Shown here: piece by piece, positions 50,699 through 61,959 of the stretch
Layout of the letters: each line of letters begins with the position of its first letter
How positions within the stretch are numbered: position 1 is the first letter of the stretch
DNA from: an uncultured delta proteobacterium
GTDB taxonomy: Bacteria > Myxococcota > Kuafuiibacteriia > Kuafuiibacteriales > Kuafuiibacteriaceae
DNA length: 64,000 bases
Assembly (NCBI GenBank): GCA_963803435.1
Contig: CAWDML010000001.1
Coordinates: 2,464,001-2,528,000, forward strand
Direction of reading: 5' to 3'
The notes under the pieces: model-generated
What the model was told of the DNA's origin: nothing
Database searches by the model: none
The model's input: only the letters and a program-made list of their open reading frames with translations
Position numbers and translations under genes: made by a program

Positions 50699-53377
50699 AT
50701 GTTGAATCGACGGACCGCAGGACATGCGACCCCCGCGCTCGCCCTTCTCGGGGCGCTGTTGATTTCGCCCAGCGCTGCGCTCGCCAAGCCCAAAGGCTCA
50801 GTGGTGGTTCAGAGCGTCGAGACGCGGACCACCGAGTTCGGACGCGAGGTGGTCATCCACACCTCGAAGGAGCCGACGTTCTCGGTCTTCCGCCTGTCCG
50901 AGCCGTTCCGCGTGCTGGTGGACATCAACGATGCGCGGCTGGAGAAGCCGATCGGGCTGCTCAAGGTGACGGACGGCGTGCTGCGGTACGTCTCGACCGA
51001 CGAGTTCTCCGACGAAACCTCAGCGGTCCTGCGCGTCGAGATCGCGCTCGAGGACGCCGCGCCGTACTCGGTGCAGCCGCACGGCAACTCGATCGTCGTG
51101 CTGATCGGGAGCGATCAGAAGAAGCTCGACTCGACGCAGAACCAGGATCCGGCGCCCGCGTTGACCGCAGCGCCGGCCGAGGTGGCGCCGGTGACGCTCG
51201 CGCACTTCTCCCGCAAGGGAACGACGCTCTCCGCGCAGATCCGCGCGGGCAAGCTGGTGAAGCAGGCCGTCTCCATCGAGGAGCTCGAGCACCCGAGCCG
51301 CCTGGTGGTGGACATCGCCAACGCCAGCGTCGAGCCCAAGTATCAGCGGGTGAAGCTGGGCGTGGCCGGCGTCTCGCGCGCGCGGGTCGCCAGCCGGAAG
51401 AACGGCGTGCGGATCGTGCTCGACGGCAAGCCGAACGAGATGCTCCCGAAGATCGACGTCGTCGAGGCGAAGGGCCGGCTCCAGATCGGGATGACCGCGC
51501 AGCGCCCGCACGTCGAGCCGCAGCCGGTGGCGGAGGCCGCGCCCCCGCCGAAGCCCGTCGCAACGCCGGTCGAGAAGGCGCCCGCGGTCATCGAGCCGGA
51601 GCCCGATCCCGAGCCCGAGGTGGTCGCCGAGGCGCCGGAGCCCCCGCCCGCCAAGAAGGGGACGATCCGCGTCGAGGACATCACGTTCGAGCCCAAGGAC
51701 GGGTTCATGCGGCTGACCCTGTTCCTCACGGGGAACGCCGAGGCCCTCACCGAGAAGATGAAGGACAGCGATGCGCCCCTCCTGCGGATCCCGCACGCGC
51801 AGCTGCCGACCACGCTGGAGCGGACGCTCGACGTCGCCGAGGTCGCGGGCTCCGTGGTCAGCGCCATCTCCTCCTACAACCACAACGGTGACGTGATCGT
51901 GTCCGCCGCCATCACCGAGGGGACCGAGCACCGGACCTGGACGAAGGGCAACCGGATCATGTGGGACTTCCGCAATCCCACGGCCACCACGGTCATCAAA
52001 TATCCGGAGGAGGCCACCTCCGGCTTCCCGGCCGAGGCCACCACCGCGCTCCAGTTCGCGGCGGAGGCCGCGCCCCAGGCCAAGCGCTACACGGGCCGGC
52101 GCATCTCGCTCGACCTCAAGGACGCCGAGATCCAGAACGTGCTCCGCCTGCTGGCCGACGTGTCGAAGCTGAACATCGTCGCGGCCGACGACGTCAAGGG
52201 TCGCGTCACGATCAAGCTCCGCAACGTGCCCTGGGATCAGGCCCTCGACATCATTCTCAGGTCGAAGCAGCTCGACAAGATCCGCAACGGCAACATCATC
52301 CGCGTGGCCCCGATCGAGGTCCTCCGCAAGGAAGAGGAGCTTCGGTTGGATCGCCAGAAGGCGCGCATCGAGCTGGAGCCCCTGGCCGTCCGCCTGATCC
52401 CGGTGAGCTACGCCGTCGCGAACGAGGTGAAGCCGCAGGTGACCGCCCTGCTCTCCACGCGCGGCAAGGTCAACATCGACGCGCGCACCAACGTCCTGAT
52501 CGTGGAGGACATCCCGGAGGTGCTGCTCAAGATCGAGCGCCTGGTCCGGACGCTCGACACACAGACGCCGCAGGTGCTGATCGAGGCCCGCATCGTCGAG
52601 GCGCGCGCCAACTTCGCCCGGCAGCTCGGCATCCAGTGGGGCGGTCAGGTGAACGCGACCCAGCAGTTCGGTACCCAGACCGGCCTCACCTTCCCGTCGG
52701 ACATCCGGATCGCGGGCGGCGCGGACGACGCGCAGAACAACGTCACCGAGGGCGTGAGCGGCAACCCGAACTACGCGGTCAACCTCCCGGCGGTGGTCGG
52801 GTCGGGCGGCGGCGGCGCGCTGGGCTTCGTGTTCGGATCGGTGGGCGGCGCCTCGCTGATCAACCTCCGGCTCTCGGCGGCCGAATCGACCGGCAAGATC
52901 AAGGTGATCTCGGCGCCGCGCGTCGTCACCCTCGACAACAAGGAGGCGAAGATCCTCTCCGGCGAGCGCGTCCCGATCACCGTGATCACCGCGAACGGCC
53001 CCACCACCCGGTTCATCGACGCGAACCTCGAGCTCAACGTCACGCCGCACGTGACCCAGGACGGCTCGGTGCTGCTCAAGATCACCGCCTCCAACAACCA
53101 GCTGTCGAACCGCGTCGACCTCCTCGGCGTCCCCGGCATCATCACCCGCGAGGCCAACACGGAGATGATCGTGGGAGACGGTGATACCGCGGTGCTCGGT
53201 GGGATCTATCAGCGCAACACGCAGGAGAACGAGTCGTACGTGCCGTGGATCGGCCAGATCCCGGTGCTCGGCTGGCTCTTCAAGACGACCAGCCGCACCG
53301 ACGCGCGGGACGAGCTCCTGATCTTCATCTCGCCCCGGATCATCAACCGCTCCGCAGCGCTGGTGAACGCAGGTTGA
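50699..53377 (+). CDS. pilQ: Type IV pilus secretin PilQ with AMIN domains
   Basis: YTGRRISLD, NVPWDQALD, QVLIEARIVEA, IPVLGWLFK, ELLIFISPRI. Confidence 0.95.
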   Translation: MLNRRTAGHATPALALLGALLISPSAALAKPKGSVVVQSVETRTTEFGREVVIHTSKEPTFSVFRLSEPFRVLVDINDARLEKPIGLLKVTDGVLRYVSTDEFSDETSAVLRVEIALEDAAPYSVQPHGNSIVVLIGSDQKKLDSTQNQDPAPALTAAPAEVAPVTLAHFSRKGTTLSAQIRAGKLVKQAVSIEELEHPSRLVVDIANASVEPKYQRVKLGVAGVSRARVASRKNGVRIVLDGKPNEMLPKIDVVEAKGRLQIGMTAQRPHVEPQPVAEAAPPPKPVATPVEKAPAVIEPEPDPEPEVVAEAPEPPPAKKGTIRVEDITFEPKDGFMRLTLFLTGNAEALTEKMKDSDAPLLRIPHAQLPTTLERTLDVAEVAGSVVSAISSYNHNGDVIVSAAITEGTEHRTWTKGNRIMWDFRNPTATTVIKYPEEATSGFPAEATTALQFAAEAAPQAKRYTGRRISLDLKDAEIQNVLRLLADVSKLNIVAADDVKGRVTIKLRNVPWDQALDIILRSKQLDKIRNGNIIRVAPIEVLRKEEELRLDRQKARIELEPLAVRLIPVSYAVANEVKPQVTALLSTRGKVNIDARTNVLIVEDIPEVLLKIERLVRTLDTQTPQVLIEARIVEARANFARQLGIQWGGQVNATQQFGTQTGLTFPSDIRIAGGADDAQNNVTEGVSGNPNYAVNLPAVVGSGGGGALGFVFGSVGGASLINLRLSAAESTGKIKVISAPRVVTLDNKEAKILSGERVPITVITANGPTTRFIDANLELNVTPHVTQDGSVLLKITASNNQLSNRVDLLGVPGIITREANTEMIVGDGDTAVLGGIYQRNTQENESYVPWIGQIPVLGWLFKTTSRTDARDELLIFISPRIINRSAALVNAG

Positions 53378-53378
53378 A

Positions 53379-54911
53379 GTGCTCGGCTTCGTCCTCTCGG
53401 GGCCACCCGGCGTGGGTAAGTCCACCGTCGCCCCGAAGGCGGCCGCGCGGCTCGGTCTGACAGCACTGGATCTGGACCACGTGATCGAAGAACGCGAGAA
53501 GAGATCGCCCGCGGAGATCATCCGGACCGAAGGCGAAGCGGCGTTCCGCGAGGCGGAGCGGGCGGCCTTGGCCTCGATCGATCGACCGGCGCTGATCGCG
53601 CTGGGCGGCGGCACGCTCACCCACGCTCCCTCGCGGCGGGCGGCGCGGCGGGATCGGCCCGTGATCGGGTTGGTGGCGGAGACACTGGTACTCGAGGCGC
53701 GGCTCCGGGAGGGCGGCGATTGGCCGCTCCTCGCGGGCGGCCTGGACGCCCTGATGACCGCGCGCGCACGGACGTATCGAGCGGTCGATCGGCGGATCGA
53801 CGCCAACCGACCGGTCGCGCAGGTGGTGGACGCCGTCGCCGAGGCGGCGGGTGGGCTCGAGATCATCACCGCCCGGATTGGCGCCGACGAGACGCGGGTG
53901 GTCGTGGGCTCGGACCTCGCCGACGCATGCGCGGGCGCCGTGGCGGCGCTCGAACCCGGGCGTCCGGTGATGGTGGTGGTGGACGAAGGCGTCCCTGCCC
54001 CGGCCGTCGAGCCGTACCTGTCCGCGATCGGCGGCGTCGCGCCGGTGGTGCCGCTCCGCGTCTCCGGCGGCGAGCCGATCAAGACGTGGGACCAGCTGGG
54101 CGCCCTCCTCGAGCGTGGGATCGCCGCCGGGTGCGGGCGGCAGAGCGTGGTCGTCGGGATCGGCGGGGGCGCCACCACGGATCTCACCGCCCTGGCCGCC
54201 GGCCTGCTGGGACGCGGGGCGCCGGTGGTGCTGGTGCCGACGACGCTCCTCGCCCAGGTCGACGCGTCCGTCGGCGGCAAGACCGCCGTCAACCTGGGCG
54301 GCCGAAACCTGGTCGGGACCTTCCACCCGGCGACGGACGTCCTGATCGACGTGGCCCTCACCGGCACCCAGCCGGAGGCCGACTACCGCTCCGGGCTGGC
54401 GGAGATCCTGAAGATCGCCCTGATCGCCGACCCGATGCTGTTCGAGCAGATCGTCCGGGAGCGACGGGCCTCGTCCGAGAGCATCGCGCGGGCCGTCGCC
54501 CACAAGGCGCGGATCGTCGAGCAGGACCCCTGGGAGGCGGGGCTGCGGAAGGTGCTGAATCTGGGACATACCCTGGCGCACGCCCTCGAGGCGGCCAGCG
54601 ACTACTCCATGCGACACGGGGAGGCCGTCGCCGTCGGCCTCGCCGCCATCGCGCGATTCTCAGCGCTTCGAGGCTGGCTCTCGAGCGCCGATGCACAGCG
54701 GATCCTCGAGGCCCTCCGGGCGCTCGAGCTGCCTGCGTCCGCCCCGCACGACCTGTTGGTCGCGGCGGGGGGACATATCAAAGCCGACAAGAAAGGGACG
54801 AAGGACGAGATCGATCTCATCGCACTCCGGGCCGTGGGCAGCGTGACCATTGAACGGTTACCATGGGCCGAGGTGCATTCCGAGCTCGTCCGATGTGGAG
54901 GAGAAACATGA
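53379..54911 (+). CDS. aroKB: Bifunctional shikimate kinase / 3-dehydroquinate synthase
   Basis: GPPGVGKST, GEAAFR, LGGG; PTTLLAQVDASVGGKT, LNLGHT, HGEAV. Confidence 0.9.
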   Translation: MLGFVLSGPPGVGKSTVAPKAAARLGLTALDLDHVIEEREKRSPAEIIRTEGEAAFREAERAALASIDRPALIALGGGTLTHAPSRRAARRDRPVIGLVAETLVLEARLREGGDWPLLAGGLDALMTARARTYRAVDRRIDANRPVAQVVDAVAEAAGGLEIITARIGADETRVVVGSDLADACAGAVAALEPGRPVMVVVDEGVPAPAVEPYLSAIGGVAPVVPLRVSGGEPIKTWDQLGALLERGIAAGCGRQSVVVGIGGGATTDLTALAAGLLGRGAPVVLVPTTLLAQVDASVGGKTAVNLGGRNLVGTFHPATDVLIDVALTGTQPEADYRSGLAEILKIALIADPMLFEQIVRERRASSESIARAVAHKARIVEQDPWEAGLRKVLNLGHTLAHALEAASDYSMRHGEAVAVGLAAIARFSALRGWLSSADAQRILEALRALELPASAPHDLLVAAGGHIKADKKGTKDEIDLIALRAVGSVTIERLPWAEVHSELVRCGGET

Positions 54912-55810
54912 GAAAGCTGGCTGCAGGTTTGGGCTGCGTGGTGGCCGCCGCATTGGCCGGGTGCGACGCACCGGGCAGCGCGCTGGTCATCGAGCGGGTC
55001 ATCGTTCCGACCACGATGCAAGACATGATGACAGGGGCGACGAGCTGCGAGTGGAAGTCGGGCGGCTCCGACAGCGCGGCCAACATCGTGCTCGACGTCG
55101 CGCAGCAGCTGACGCTCTTCCTGGTGCTCGACGTGGCCAACACGCTCCAGCCATCGGAGGCGGTGATCGACACCAACCCGGACATCACGCTCAAGCACCC
55201 TCAATCGGTGAACCCGCTGCGGTTCGACTATCGCTGGGAGTGCGACTCGATCGGCTTCTCCTCCGATCTCGGCCCGCTCTTCCTCCCCCAGTTCTCGGTC
55301 AACCAGCCCTTCTGTCTCGACAATCGAGACGCCACCGGGGGCGACTTCGTCGGCTTCGACGTCATTCCCGCGACGGGCGGCTTGATACCGGCGGCGGGCA
55401 CGGGCTCCGTGGAGATCCGGCCGGTGCCGGCCCCGCTCGGGCTCGCGATGTACGACATGTTCACGCTGGCCGCGCTGGCGCAGACGTGTTGTGCCTCCAC
55501 CGACGGCTGCGGCGGCGTGGAGAACGGCGCCAATCAGGAGTGCATCCGCCTGCAGACGTTCTTCAACGACGTCGGCATCCTCCAGAATCAGACGGAGGCC
55601 GCGCAGCGGTACCGACCCTTCTCTCTGTTCGACGGCGCGACGCCGCCGACCCAGGGTACGGCCCTCCCGACGCCCACGTACGAGCTGCGGATCCGGGGCG
55701 TGCTCGAGGGCGTGACGAACGCGGGTCAGACCGTCACCTCGAACGACTGGTCGCAGGACATCCAGCTCGGGCGCAACACCAACTACCCGGCCAACCCCTG
55801 CTTCGAGTGA
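54908..55810 (+). CDS. Hypothetical Cys-containing lipoprotein
   Basis: GGAGGAG RBS, lipobox LAGC. Confidence 0.65.
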   Translation: MRKLAAGLGCVVAAALAGCDAPGSALVIERVIVPTTMQDMMTGATSCEWKSGGSDSAANIVLDVAQQLTLFLVLDVANTLQPSEAVIDTNPDITLKHPQSVNPLRFDYRWECDSIGFSSDLGPLFLPQFSVNQPFCLDNRDATGGDFVGFDVIPATGGLIPAAGTGSVEIRPVPAPLGLAMYDMFTLAALAQTCCASTDGCGGVENGANQECIRLQTFFNDVGILQNQTEAAQRYRPFSLFDGATPPTQGTALPTPTYELRIRGVLEGVTNAGQTVTSNDWSQDIQLGRNTNYPANPCFE

Positions 55811-55817
55811 TGCCCCT

Positions 55818-56186
55818 GTGAACGAGCTCAGAGAGCCGCTCGAGAGCATCGTGGACGCGCTGGCCGGGGGCGCGTTCGCGGCCAGCATCATGGGGATGGA
55901 TGGACTCCCCGTCGATGCGATCGAGCGCGACTCCGGCGACGTCGACGTCTCGGCGCTCCTGGTCGAGTTCTCGTCCCTCCTCATCCAGGTGCAAAAGAGC
56001 GCGCAGATGTTCGCCGCGGGCGATCTCGAGGAGCTCGCCATCCGGTCCGAGCACCTCACCACGATCATCCGTCCCATCAACGAGGAGTACCTGCTCTGTC
56101 TGGCGCTCCATCCGGAGGCCAACTTCGGCAAGGGCCGCTACCTCCTCCGCGTCCACGCGCCCAAGCTGGCCACGTTCCTCTCGTGA
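55818..56186 (+). CDS. mglC: Roadblock/LC7 protein, MglC-like
   Basis: IMGMDGL, NFGKGRYLLR; position between pilQ and efp matches Myxococcus mglC. Confidence 0.75.
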   Translation: MNELREPLESIVDALAGGAFAASIMGMDGLPVDAIERDSGDVDVSALLVEFSSLLIQVQKSAQMFAAGDLEELAIRSEHLTTIIRPINEEYLLCLALHPEANFGKGRYLLRVHAPKLATFLS

Positions 56187-56647
56187 CACGCGTGGGCCTC
56201 GTCTCCGTCGTCCACGGTCCGAACCTCAACCTGCTGGGTACCCGCGAACCGGCCGTGTACGGAACCGCCACGCTCGACGACATCCATCAGGCGCTCCTGG
56301 CGCTGGCGCCGTCGCTCGGGGTCGAGGTCGAGACGTTTCAGTCGAACCACGAGGGTGCGCTGGTCGACCACTTGCAGGGCTGTCGCGGCCGCGTTGACGC
56401 AGTGCTTCTCAACGCGGCTGCATACACGCACACCTCCGTCGCGATCCGCGACGCAATCGCTGCTCTTCGCCCGCCGTTGCTGGTCATCGAGGTCCACCTC
56501 TCGGTCCCCGAGGCGCGGGAGCCGTTCCGTCGAACCAACCTCCTCACAGGCGTGGTAGACGGCCGGATCGCGGGGTTCGGAGCGCTCTCTTATGTTCTTG
56601 CGCTCAGGGCCGCATCGACGCTAATCGCGTCGCGTGGCAACGGTTGA
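56183..56647 (+). CDS. aroQ: Type II 3-dehydroquinate dehydratase
   Basis: HGPNLNLLGTREP, QSNHEG, THTSVAIRDA, EVHLS. Confidence 0.93.
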   Translation: MTRVGLVSVVHGPNLNLLGTREPAVYGTATLDDIHQALLALAPSLGVEVETFQSNHEGALVDHLQGCRGRVDAVLLNAAAYTHTSVAIRDAIAALRPPLLVIEVHLSVPEAREPFRRTNLLTGVVDGRIAGFGALSYVLALRAASTLIASRGNG

Positions 56648-57215
56648 CACCAGCGAATTCCGCAAAGGGCTGAAGCTGATCCACAACAATCAGCCCTTCA
56701 CGATCATCGAGTTCCAGCACGTGAAGCCCGGCAAGGGCAACGCCTTCACCCGGACCAAGATCAAGAACCTCGTCACGGGGTCGCTGCTGGAGGTGACGTA
56801 CAAGTCCGGTGAAAAAGTAGATGCCGCCGACGTGGAGGAGAAGAAGATGCAGTTCCTCTACGCCGAAGCGGACATGTACCACTTCATGGACCAGAAGACG
56901 TACGACCAGGTCGAGATCCCCAAGGACGGCGTGGGTGACGCGGCGCAGTGGCTGCTGCCGGACACGCTCTGCGACATCATCTTCTGGAACGGCCGTTCCA
57001 TCTCGGTCTCGATCCCCTCGCACATGGAGTTCACGATCACGCACTGCGAGCCGGGGGTCCGTGGGGACACGGCGACGAACGTAACCAAGCCGGCCACCGT
57101 CGAGAGCGGCGCCATCGTCAACGTGCCGCTGTTCATCAACACCGGGGACCGGATCAAGGTCGACACCGAGTCCGGCAAGTACCTCGAGCGCACGGCAATC
57201 GGGAGCGGCTCCTGA
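56634..57215 (+). CDS. efp: Elongation factor P
   Basis: [22 protein letters not shown]. Confidence 0.96.
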   Translation: MATVDTSEFRKGLKLIHNNQPFTIIEFQHVKPGKGNAFTRTKIKNLVTGSLLEVTYKSGEKVDAADVEEKKMQFLYAEADMYHFMDQKTYDQVEIPKDGVGDAAQWLLPDTLCDIIFWNGRSISVSIPSHMEFTITHCEPGVRGDTATNVTKPATVESGAIVNVPLFINTGDRIKVDTESGKYLERTAIGSGS

Positions 57216-57745
57216 TGGCGACCAAGCGCCCCGCCAAGACGGCCCCCAAGGCTCCCGCGAAGAAGGTGGTGCCCGCGCCGGCGACGGACGCCCGGATGGA
57301 TCGGCTCAAGAGGCTGGTCGGGATCCTGGAGGGCTCCTCGCTGGCCTCGCTCGAGTACGAAGACAGCGACATGGCCGTGAAGCTGTCCCGGGCCCACGCC
57401 AACGGTCAGTCGGGGCACGTGGTGTCGGCTCCGGTCGTGACGGCGCCCCCGCCATCGTCCGAGGCTCCGGCTCCGGACGCCGCCGAGACCGCTGGGGCGA
57501 ACCTCTACGTGGTAAAGTCACCGTTCGTGGGCACGTTTTATCGCTCGCCCTCCCCCGATCAGCCCTCATTCACGGACGTCGGCCAGCAGGTCGTCAAAGG
57601 ACAGACGCTATGCATCGTAGAAGCGATGAAGCTGATGAACGAGATCGAGTCGGAGGTCGCGGGAACGGTCGTGGCCGTACTGGTCGAGAATGGCCAGGCC
57701 GTACAGTACCACGACCCCCTGTTCAGGATCGCAGCCCAAGGGTGA
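57215..57745 (+). CDS. accB: Biotin carboxyl carrier protein
   Basis: [18 protein letters not shown]. Confidence 0.95.
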   Translation: MATKRPAKTAPKAPAKKVVPAPATDARMDRLKRLVGILEGSSLASLEYEDSDMAVKLSRAHANGQSGHVVSAPVVTAPPPSSEAPAPDAAETAGANLYVVKSPFVGTFYRSPSPDQPSFTDVGQQVVKGQTLCIVEAMKLMNEIESEVAGTVVAVLVENGQAVQYHDPLFRIAAQG

Positions 57746-59085
57746 TCAAGAAGATCCTCATCGCCAATCGCGGTGAGATCGCTCTCCGCATCATCCGCGC
57801 CGCCCGCGAGCTCGACATCCAGACGGTGGCCGTTCACTCCTCCGCCGACGCCGAGTCGCTGCACGTGAAGTTCGCGGACGAGTCGGTCTGCATCGGACCG
57901 CCCTCGCCCACCGAGAGCTATCTCAACATTCCGGCGATCATCGCCGCCGCCGAGGTGACCGCGGCCGACGCGATCCACCCGGGCTACGGCTTCCTCTCCG
58001 AGAACGCCACCTTCGCCGAGATCTGCGCGGCCTGCGGCTTCCACTTCATCGGTCCCGACGCCCGTTCCATCAAGATGATGGGCGACAAGATCGAGGCCCG
58101 ACGCGCGATGACCAGCGTCGGGCTGATGTCGCTCCCCGGATCGGACGGGGCGATCGAGGATCCCAAGCAGGCGATCGCGCTCGCGGACAAGATCGGCTTC
58201 CCGCTGATCATCAAGGCCGCAGCGGGTGGCGGCGGACGCGGGATGAAGATCGTCCGCGAGCCCAGCAAGCTGAAGGACCAGATCGCGATCGCGCAGCGCG
58301 AGGCCAGCCTCGCGTTCGGCAGCGAAGCGATCTACATGGAGCGGTTCATCGAGCACCCGCGGCACATCGAGTTCCAGATCGTCGCCGACGAGCACGGACA
58401 CGTGGTGCACCTGGGCGAGCGCGAGTGCTCGGTCCAGCGGCGCTACCAGAAGCTCATCGAAGAGTCGCCCTCCCCCGCCCTGACGGAGGAGAAACGGGCC
58501 GCCGTGGGCGCCCGGATCGTCGGGGCGCTGGAGCAGCTGGGCTACCGCAATGTGGGGACCATCGAGCTCCTCATGGACGAGGACGGCGAGCTCTACTTCA
58601 TGGAGATGAACACCCGGATCCAGGTGGAGCATCCGGTCACCGAGATGGTGGTCGGGATGGACCTGCTCCGGCTCCAGATCCAGCTCTCCTGCGGCCTCGA
58701 GCTCCCGTTCGCCCAGAAGGACGTGGAGATGCGCGGCCACGCGATCGAGTGCCGCATCAACGCCGAGCATCCGGAGCGGTTCACTCCCAGCCCCGGCACG
58801 ATCTCGACCTATCACGTGCCGGGCGGCCACGGCGTCCGCGTCGACTCGCACGTGACCACCGGGACGCTGATCGAGCCCTACTACGACTCGCTGATCGCGA
58901 AGCTGATCGTGCGCGACTTCGATCGCGGGCACGCCGTCCGGCGTATGCAGACCGCCCTCCGCGAGTTCATCGTCGAGGGAATCGACACCAACATCGCCTT
59001 CCACAGGAAGCTGCTGGCCCGCGAGGATTTCCTCTCCGGGAAGTACGACACGACGATCGTCTCGCGCTTCCTCGAAGGCGCCTGA
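57742..59085 (+). CDS. accC: Biotin carboxylase
   Basis: [39 protein letters not shown]. Confidence 0.96.
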   Translation: MIKKILIANRGEIALRIIRAARELDIQTVAVHSSADAESLHVKFADESVCIGPPSPTESYLNIPAIIAAAEVTAADAIHPGYGFLSENATFAEICAACGFHFIGPDARSIKMMGDKIEARRAMTSVGLMSLPGSDGAIEDPKQAIALADKIGFPLIIKAAAGGGGRGMKIVREPSKLKDQIAIAQREASLAFGSEAIYMERFIEHPRHIEFQIVADEHGHVVHLGERECSVQRRYQKLIEESPSPALTEEKRAAVGARIVGALEQLGYRNVGTIELLMDEDGELYFMEMNTRIQVEHPVTEMVVGMDLLRLQIQLSCGLELPFAQKDVEMRGHAIECRINAEHPERFTPSPGTISTYHVPGGHGVRVDSHVTTGTLIEPYYDSLIAKLIVRDFDRGHAVRRMQTALREFIVEGIDTNIAFHRKLLAREDFLSGKYDTTIVSRFLEGA

Positions 59086-59088
59086 TCG

Positions 59089-60249
59089 TTGATCACGGTC
59101 GTCCATCTCATCACCAAGCTCGAGCTGGGCGGCGCCCAGGAGAACACGCTCCATACCTGCCGACGGCTCGATCGCAGCCGCTTTCGCGTGGCGTTGATCT
59201 TCGGCCCGGGCGGGCTCCTCGACGACGACGCGCACGCCTTGTCCGACGCCCAGATCATCGAGGTGAGCGAGCTCGTTCGACAGGTGAGCCCGCTCGAGGA
59301 CGCCGCCTGCGTGGCGCGCCTGACGCACGAGCTCCGCCGCCTCCGCGCCGAGCACGCTCGGCTGGGGCTCGACGAGCGGAGCTTCATCGTTCACACGCAC
59401 AGCTCGAAGGCCGGCGTGGTGGGACGCCTGGCGGCTGCGCGCGCAGGGGTCCCGAAGGTGGTCCACACCATCCACGGGTTCGGCTTCCACCCGGGCCAGC
59501 ATCCGCTGAAGCACGCCGTGTTCCTCAACGCCGAGCGCATCGCGGCCCGCGTCACCGACGCCTTCATCGGCGTCTCGCGGGCCAACCTGGCCGAGGCGCG
59601 GGCCAAGGGGATCATCAAGGCTCGCCATCGGGCGGAGCTCATCCGCTCGGGGATGGACCTCGGGCAGTTCAAGGGTCTCGACGGCCGGCGCACCGCCGCG
59701 CGGGCGGCGCTGGGCCTGGCGCCGGACGACGAGGCGATCGTCTGCATCGGCAACTTCAAGCCGCAGAAGGATCCGGTGACGCTGGTGTCGGCGATGCAGA
59801 TCCTTGCGCGGTCCCGGCCGCGGGCCGTGCTGCTGTTCGCGGGCGACGGCGGGCTCCGACCCGAGGTCGAGCGTGCGATCCTGCAGGCTGAGCTCACAGA
59901 CAAGGTCCGCCTCCTCGGCTGGCGCCGCGACATTCCGGAGCTGCTGGCCGCCGCCGACGTGGTGGCGCTCAGCTCCATCTTCGAGGGCCTCCCGCGCTCC
60001 GCGGTGCAGGCGGTGGCGGCGCGCCGCACCTTCGTCGGCACCCGCGTCGACGGCACCTCCGAGATCATCCACGACGGCCGTAACGGGTACCTGGTGGAGC
60101 CGCGGGATCCCGAGGCGCTGGCGAAGATGCTGGCGCTGGCGTTGCTGGTCCGGCCGATCGATCCCGCCGACGAGCAGCGGATCCTCGAGTGGGACGCCGA
60201 CCGCATGGTGGAGGCGCAGGAGCGGCTCTACCGCGAGCTCGTGGGCTGA
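59089..60249 (+). CDS. GT4 glycosyltransferase
   Basis: GGAQ, HTHSSKAG, HTIHG, QKDP, EGLP. Confidence 0.88.
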   Translation: MITVVHLITKLELGGAQENTLHTCRRLDRSRFRVALIFGPGGLLDDDAHALSDAQIIEVSELVRQVSPLEDAACVARLTHELRRLRAEHARLGLDERSFIVHTHSSKAGVVGRLAAARAGVPKVVHTIHGFGFHPGQHPLKHAVFLNAERIAARVTDAFIGVSRANLAEARAKGIIKARHRAELIRSGMDLGQFKGLDGRRTAARAALGLAPDDEAIVCIGNFKPQKDPVTLVSAMQILARSRPRAVLLFAGDGGLRPEVERAILQAELTDKVRLLGWRRDIPELLAAADVVALSSIFEGLPRSAVQAVAARRTFVGTRVDGTSEIIHDGRNGYLVEPRDPEALAKMLALALLVRPIDPADEQRILEWDADRMVEAQERLYRELVG

Positions 60250-60253
60250 GACC

Positions 60254-61018
60254 TCAGAGCATCTCTCTGCGGGAGAGGATGGCCGTGGCCAGCAGGACCA
60301 GGCAGGCCGCGTAGACGACGCCGTAGCCGATCGAGATCGCGAAGTCCGAGAGCGCCACGGCGTGCTGATGGATGACGGAGGTTCGGAAGTCGAGGCGGGC
60401 AAAGTTGGGCAGCAGGTAGTACAGGAGCTCCACCACGAGCTTGGTCGGCTCCTCCGCCTTCTTGGTCAGACCGATGAGGTCGTCGGTGCTGGCGGCGGCC
60501 ACCCAGAACCCGAGCCCGAGACCGGTGCTGAGCATGGGCGTCGAGAAGCAAGACAGCATCAGCCCGAAGCCCGCCAGGATCGCCGACTCGGGCAGAATGG
60601 CGGCCAGCGCGAAGACATCGCCTCGGCTCGGCGTCCCCCGCACCATGCTGAGCACCAGGAGAAAGACGATCGAGAATCCGATCAGCGCGATCGAGAGCGA
60701 GGTCATGAGCCCCAGGTAACGTCCGATCACGTACTTCCACCGCTGTACCGGACGCGTCAGCACCACGAAGAGCGTCTTGCGATCGATCTCCTGATGGATC
60801 AGCGAGACCGAGAGCAGCAACGCCATCAGGTCGACCGCCAGCGTCACGCCCGAGAGGCCGATGCTGCGGACGACCCGGTCCGAGCGGCCGAAGGTGATGT
60901 CGGCGACCACCATCGAGAAGAGCAGCATCCCGAAGCCGAAGACGGCCACGTTGAAGAACAGGCGCTCGCGCATCGCCTGTCGAAGGGTGTTCCGGGCAAT
61001 GATGAAGATAGAGCTCAC
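60254..61018 (-). CDS. pilI: ABC-2 permease PilI
   Basis: IARNTLRQAMRER, EIDRKTL, multiple TMs; follows pilH. Confidence 0.82.
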   Translation of the reverse strand: MSSIFIIARNTLRQAMRERLFFNVAVFGFGMLLFSMVVADITFGRSDRVVRSIGLSGVTLAVDLMALLLSVSLIHQEIDRKTLFVVLTRPVQRWKYVIGRYLGLMTSLSIALIGFSIVFLLVLSMVRGTPSRGDVFALAAILPESAILAGFGLMLSCFSTPMLSTGLGLGFWVAAASTDDLIGLTKKAEEPTKLVVELLYYLLPNFARLDFRTSVIHQHAVALSDFAISIGYGVVYAACLVLLATAILSRREML

Positions 61019-61959
61019 GACAGTCCGGCCTCTGTTGCGTTCTCACCGAGCGAGCGGACGAAGATCGCCTCGAGGTCGTCTCGGTGAGGTTCGAATCGAA
61101 CCAGCATCGCGCCTTCCGCCATCATCGCCGACGCGAACGTCTGCGCGGGCGCGAGCTGGTCGAACTCGACATGGATCGCACCGTCCGCGATCGTGGCGCC
61201 GGGATGCGCCGTCTTGATGCGCTCCAGGTGAACGCCGTCGAGGTTGCCGAGGACGACGGAGACACCGCGGGTCGTCTCGGTGAGGATGTCCTCCAGGCGT
61301 CCGGTCCTGCGGGTCTCGCCGCGATGGATGATCGAGACGCGATCGCAGGTCATCTCCACGTCAGGGAGGATGTGGGTCGAGTAGAAGATGGTGGCGCCCT
61401 CGTGGCGGAGCTCCAGGATCAGCTCCCGGAGGTCCTTGCGTCCGATCGGGTCGAGGCCGGTCATAGGCTCGTCGAGGATCAGCAGCTTGGGCGCAGCCAC
61501 CATCGCCTGGGCGAGGCCGGCCCGCTGGAGCATGCCCTTGGAGAACTTTCTCAGCCGCCGATCGAGCACGTGGCCCAAGCCGACGCGCTCGAGCTGGCGC
61601 TTGGCCCGTGTCTCCGCCTCGTGTCGAGCGAGCCCGGAGAGCTGGCCGAACCAGGCCACCATCTCGAGCGGCGTCAGGTACTCGTAGAACGTCGGATGCT
61701 CGGGCATATAGCCCACGTCCTTCTGCCACTGCAGGCTGTCAGGCTCGTGCCCGAGCAGCCGGATCAGCCCGGAGTCGGCGCGGATCAAGCCGAGCATCGC
61801 CTTGATGGTCGTCGTCTTGCCGGCGCCGTTCGGGCCGAGGAATCCGAAGATCTCGGCCTTTTCGACGGAGAAGGAGATGTCCCGCGCCGCGTCGAAGCGT
61901 TTCCGCCGCAGCCCGACGAAGAACGTTTTCTTGAAGTGGTCCACCTGGATCATGTTCAT
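61015..61959 (-). CDS. pilH: ABC ATP-binding protein PilH
   Basis: GPNGAGKTT, FSKGMLQR, LILDEP. Confidence 0.88.
   Translation of the reverse strand: MNMIQVDHFKKTFFVGLRRKRFDAARDISFSVEKAEIFGFLGPNGAGKTTTIKAMLGLIRADSGLIRLLGHEPDSLQWQKDVGYMPEHPTFYEYLTPLEMVAWFGQLSGLARHEAETRAKRQLERVGLGHVLDRRLRKFSKGMLQRAGLAQAMVAAPKLLILDEPMTGLDPIGRKDLRELILELRHEGATIFYSTHILPDVEMTCDRVSIIHRGETRRTGRLEDILTETTRGVSVVLGNLDGVHLERIKTAHPGATIADGAIHVEFDQLAPAQTFASAMMAEGAMLVRFEPHRDDLEAIFVRSLGENATEAGLS

Noticed and set aside
53379-54911. aroK-aroB fusion as a novelty
   Set aside because: Bifunctional AroKB proteins are already known in several bacterial groups.
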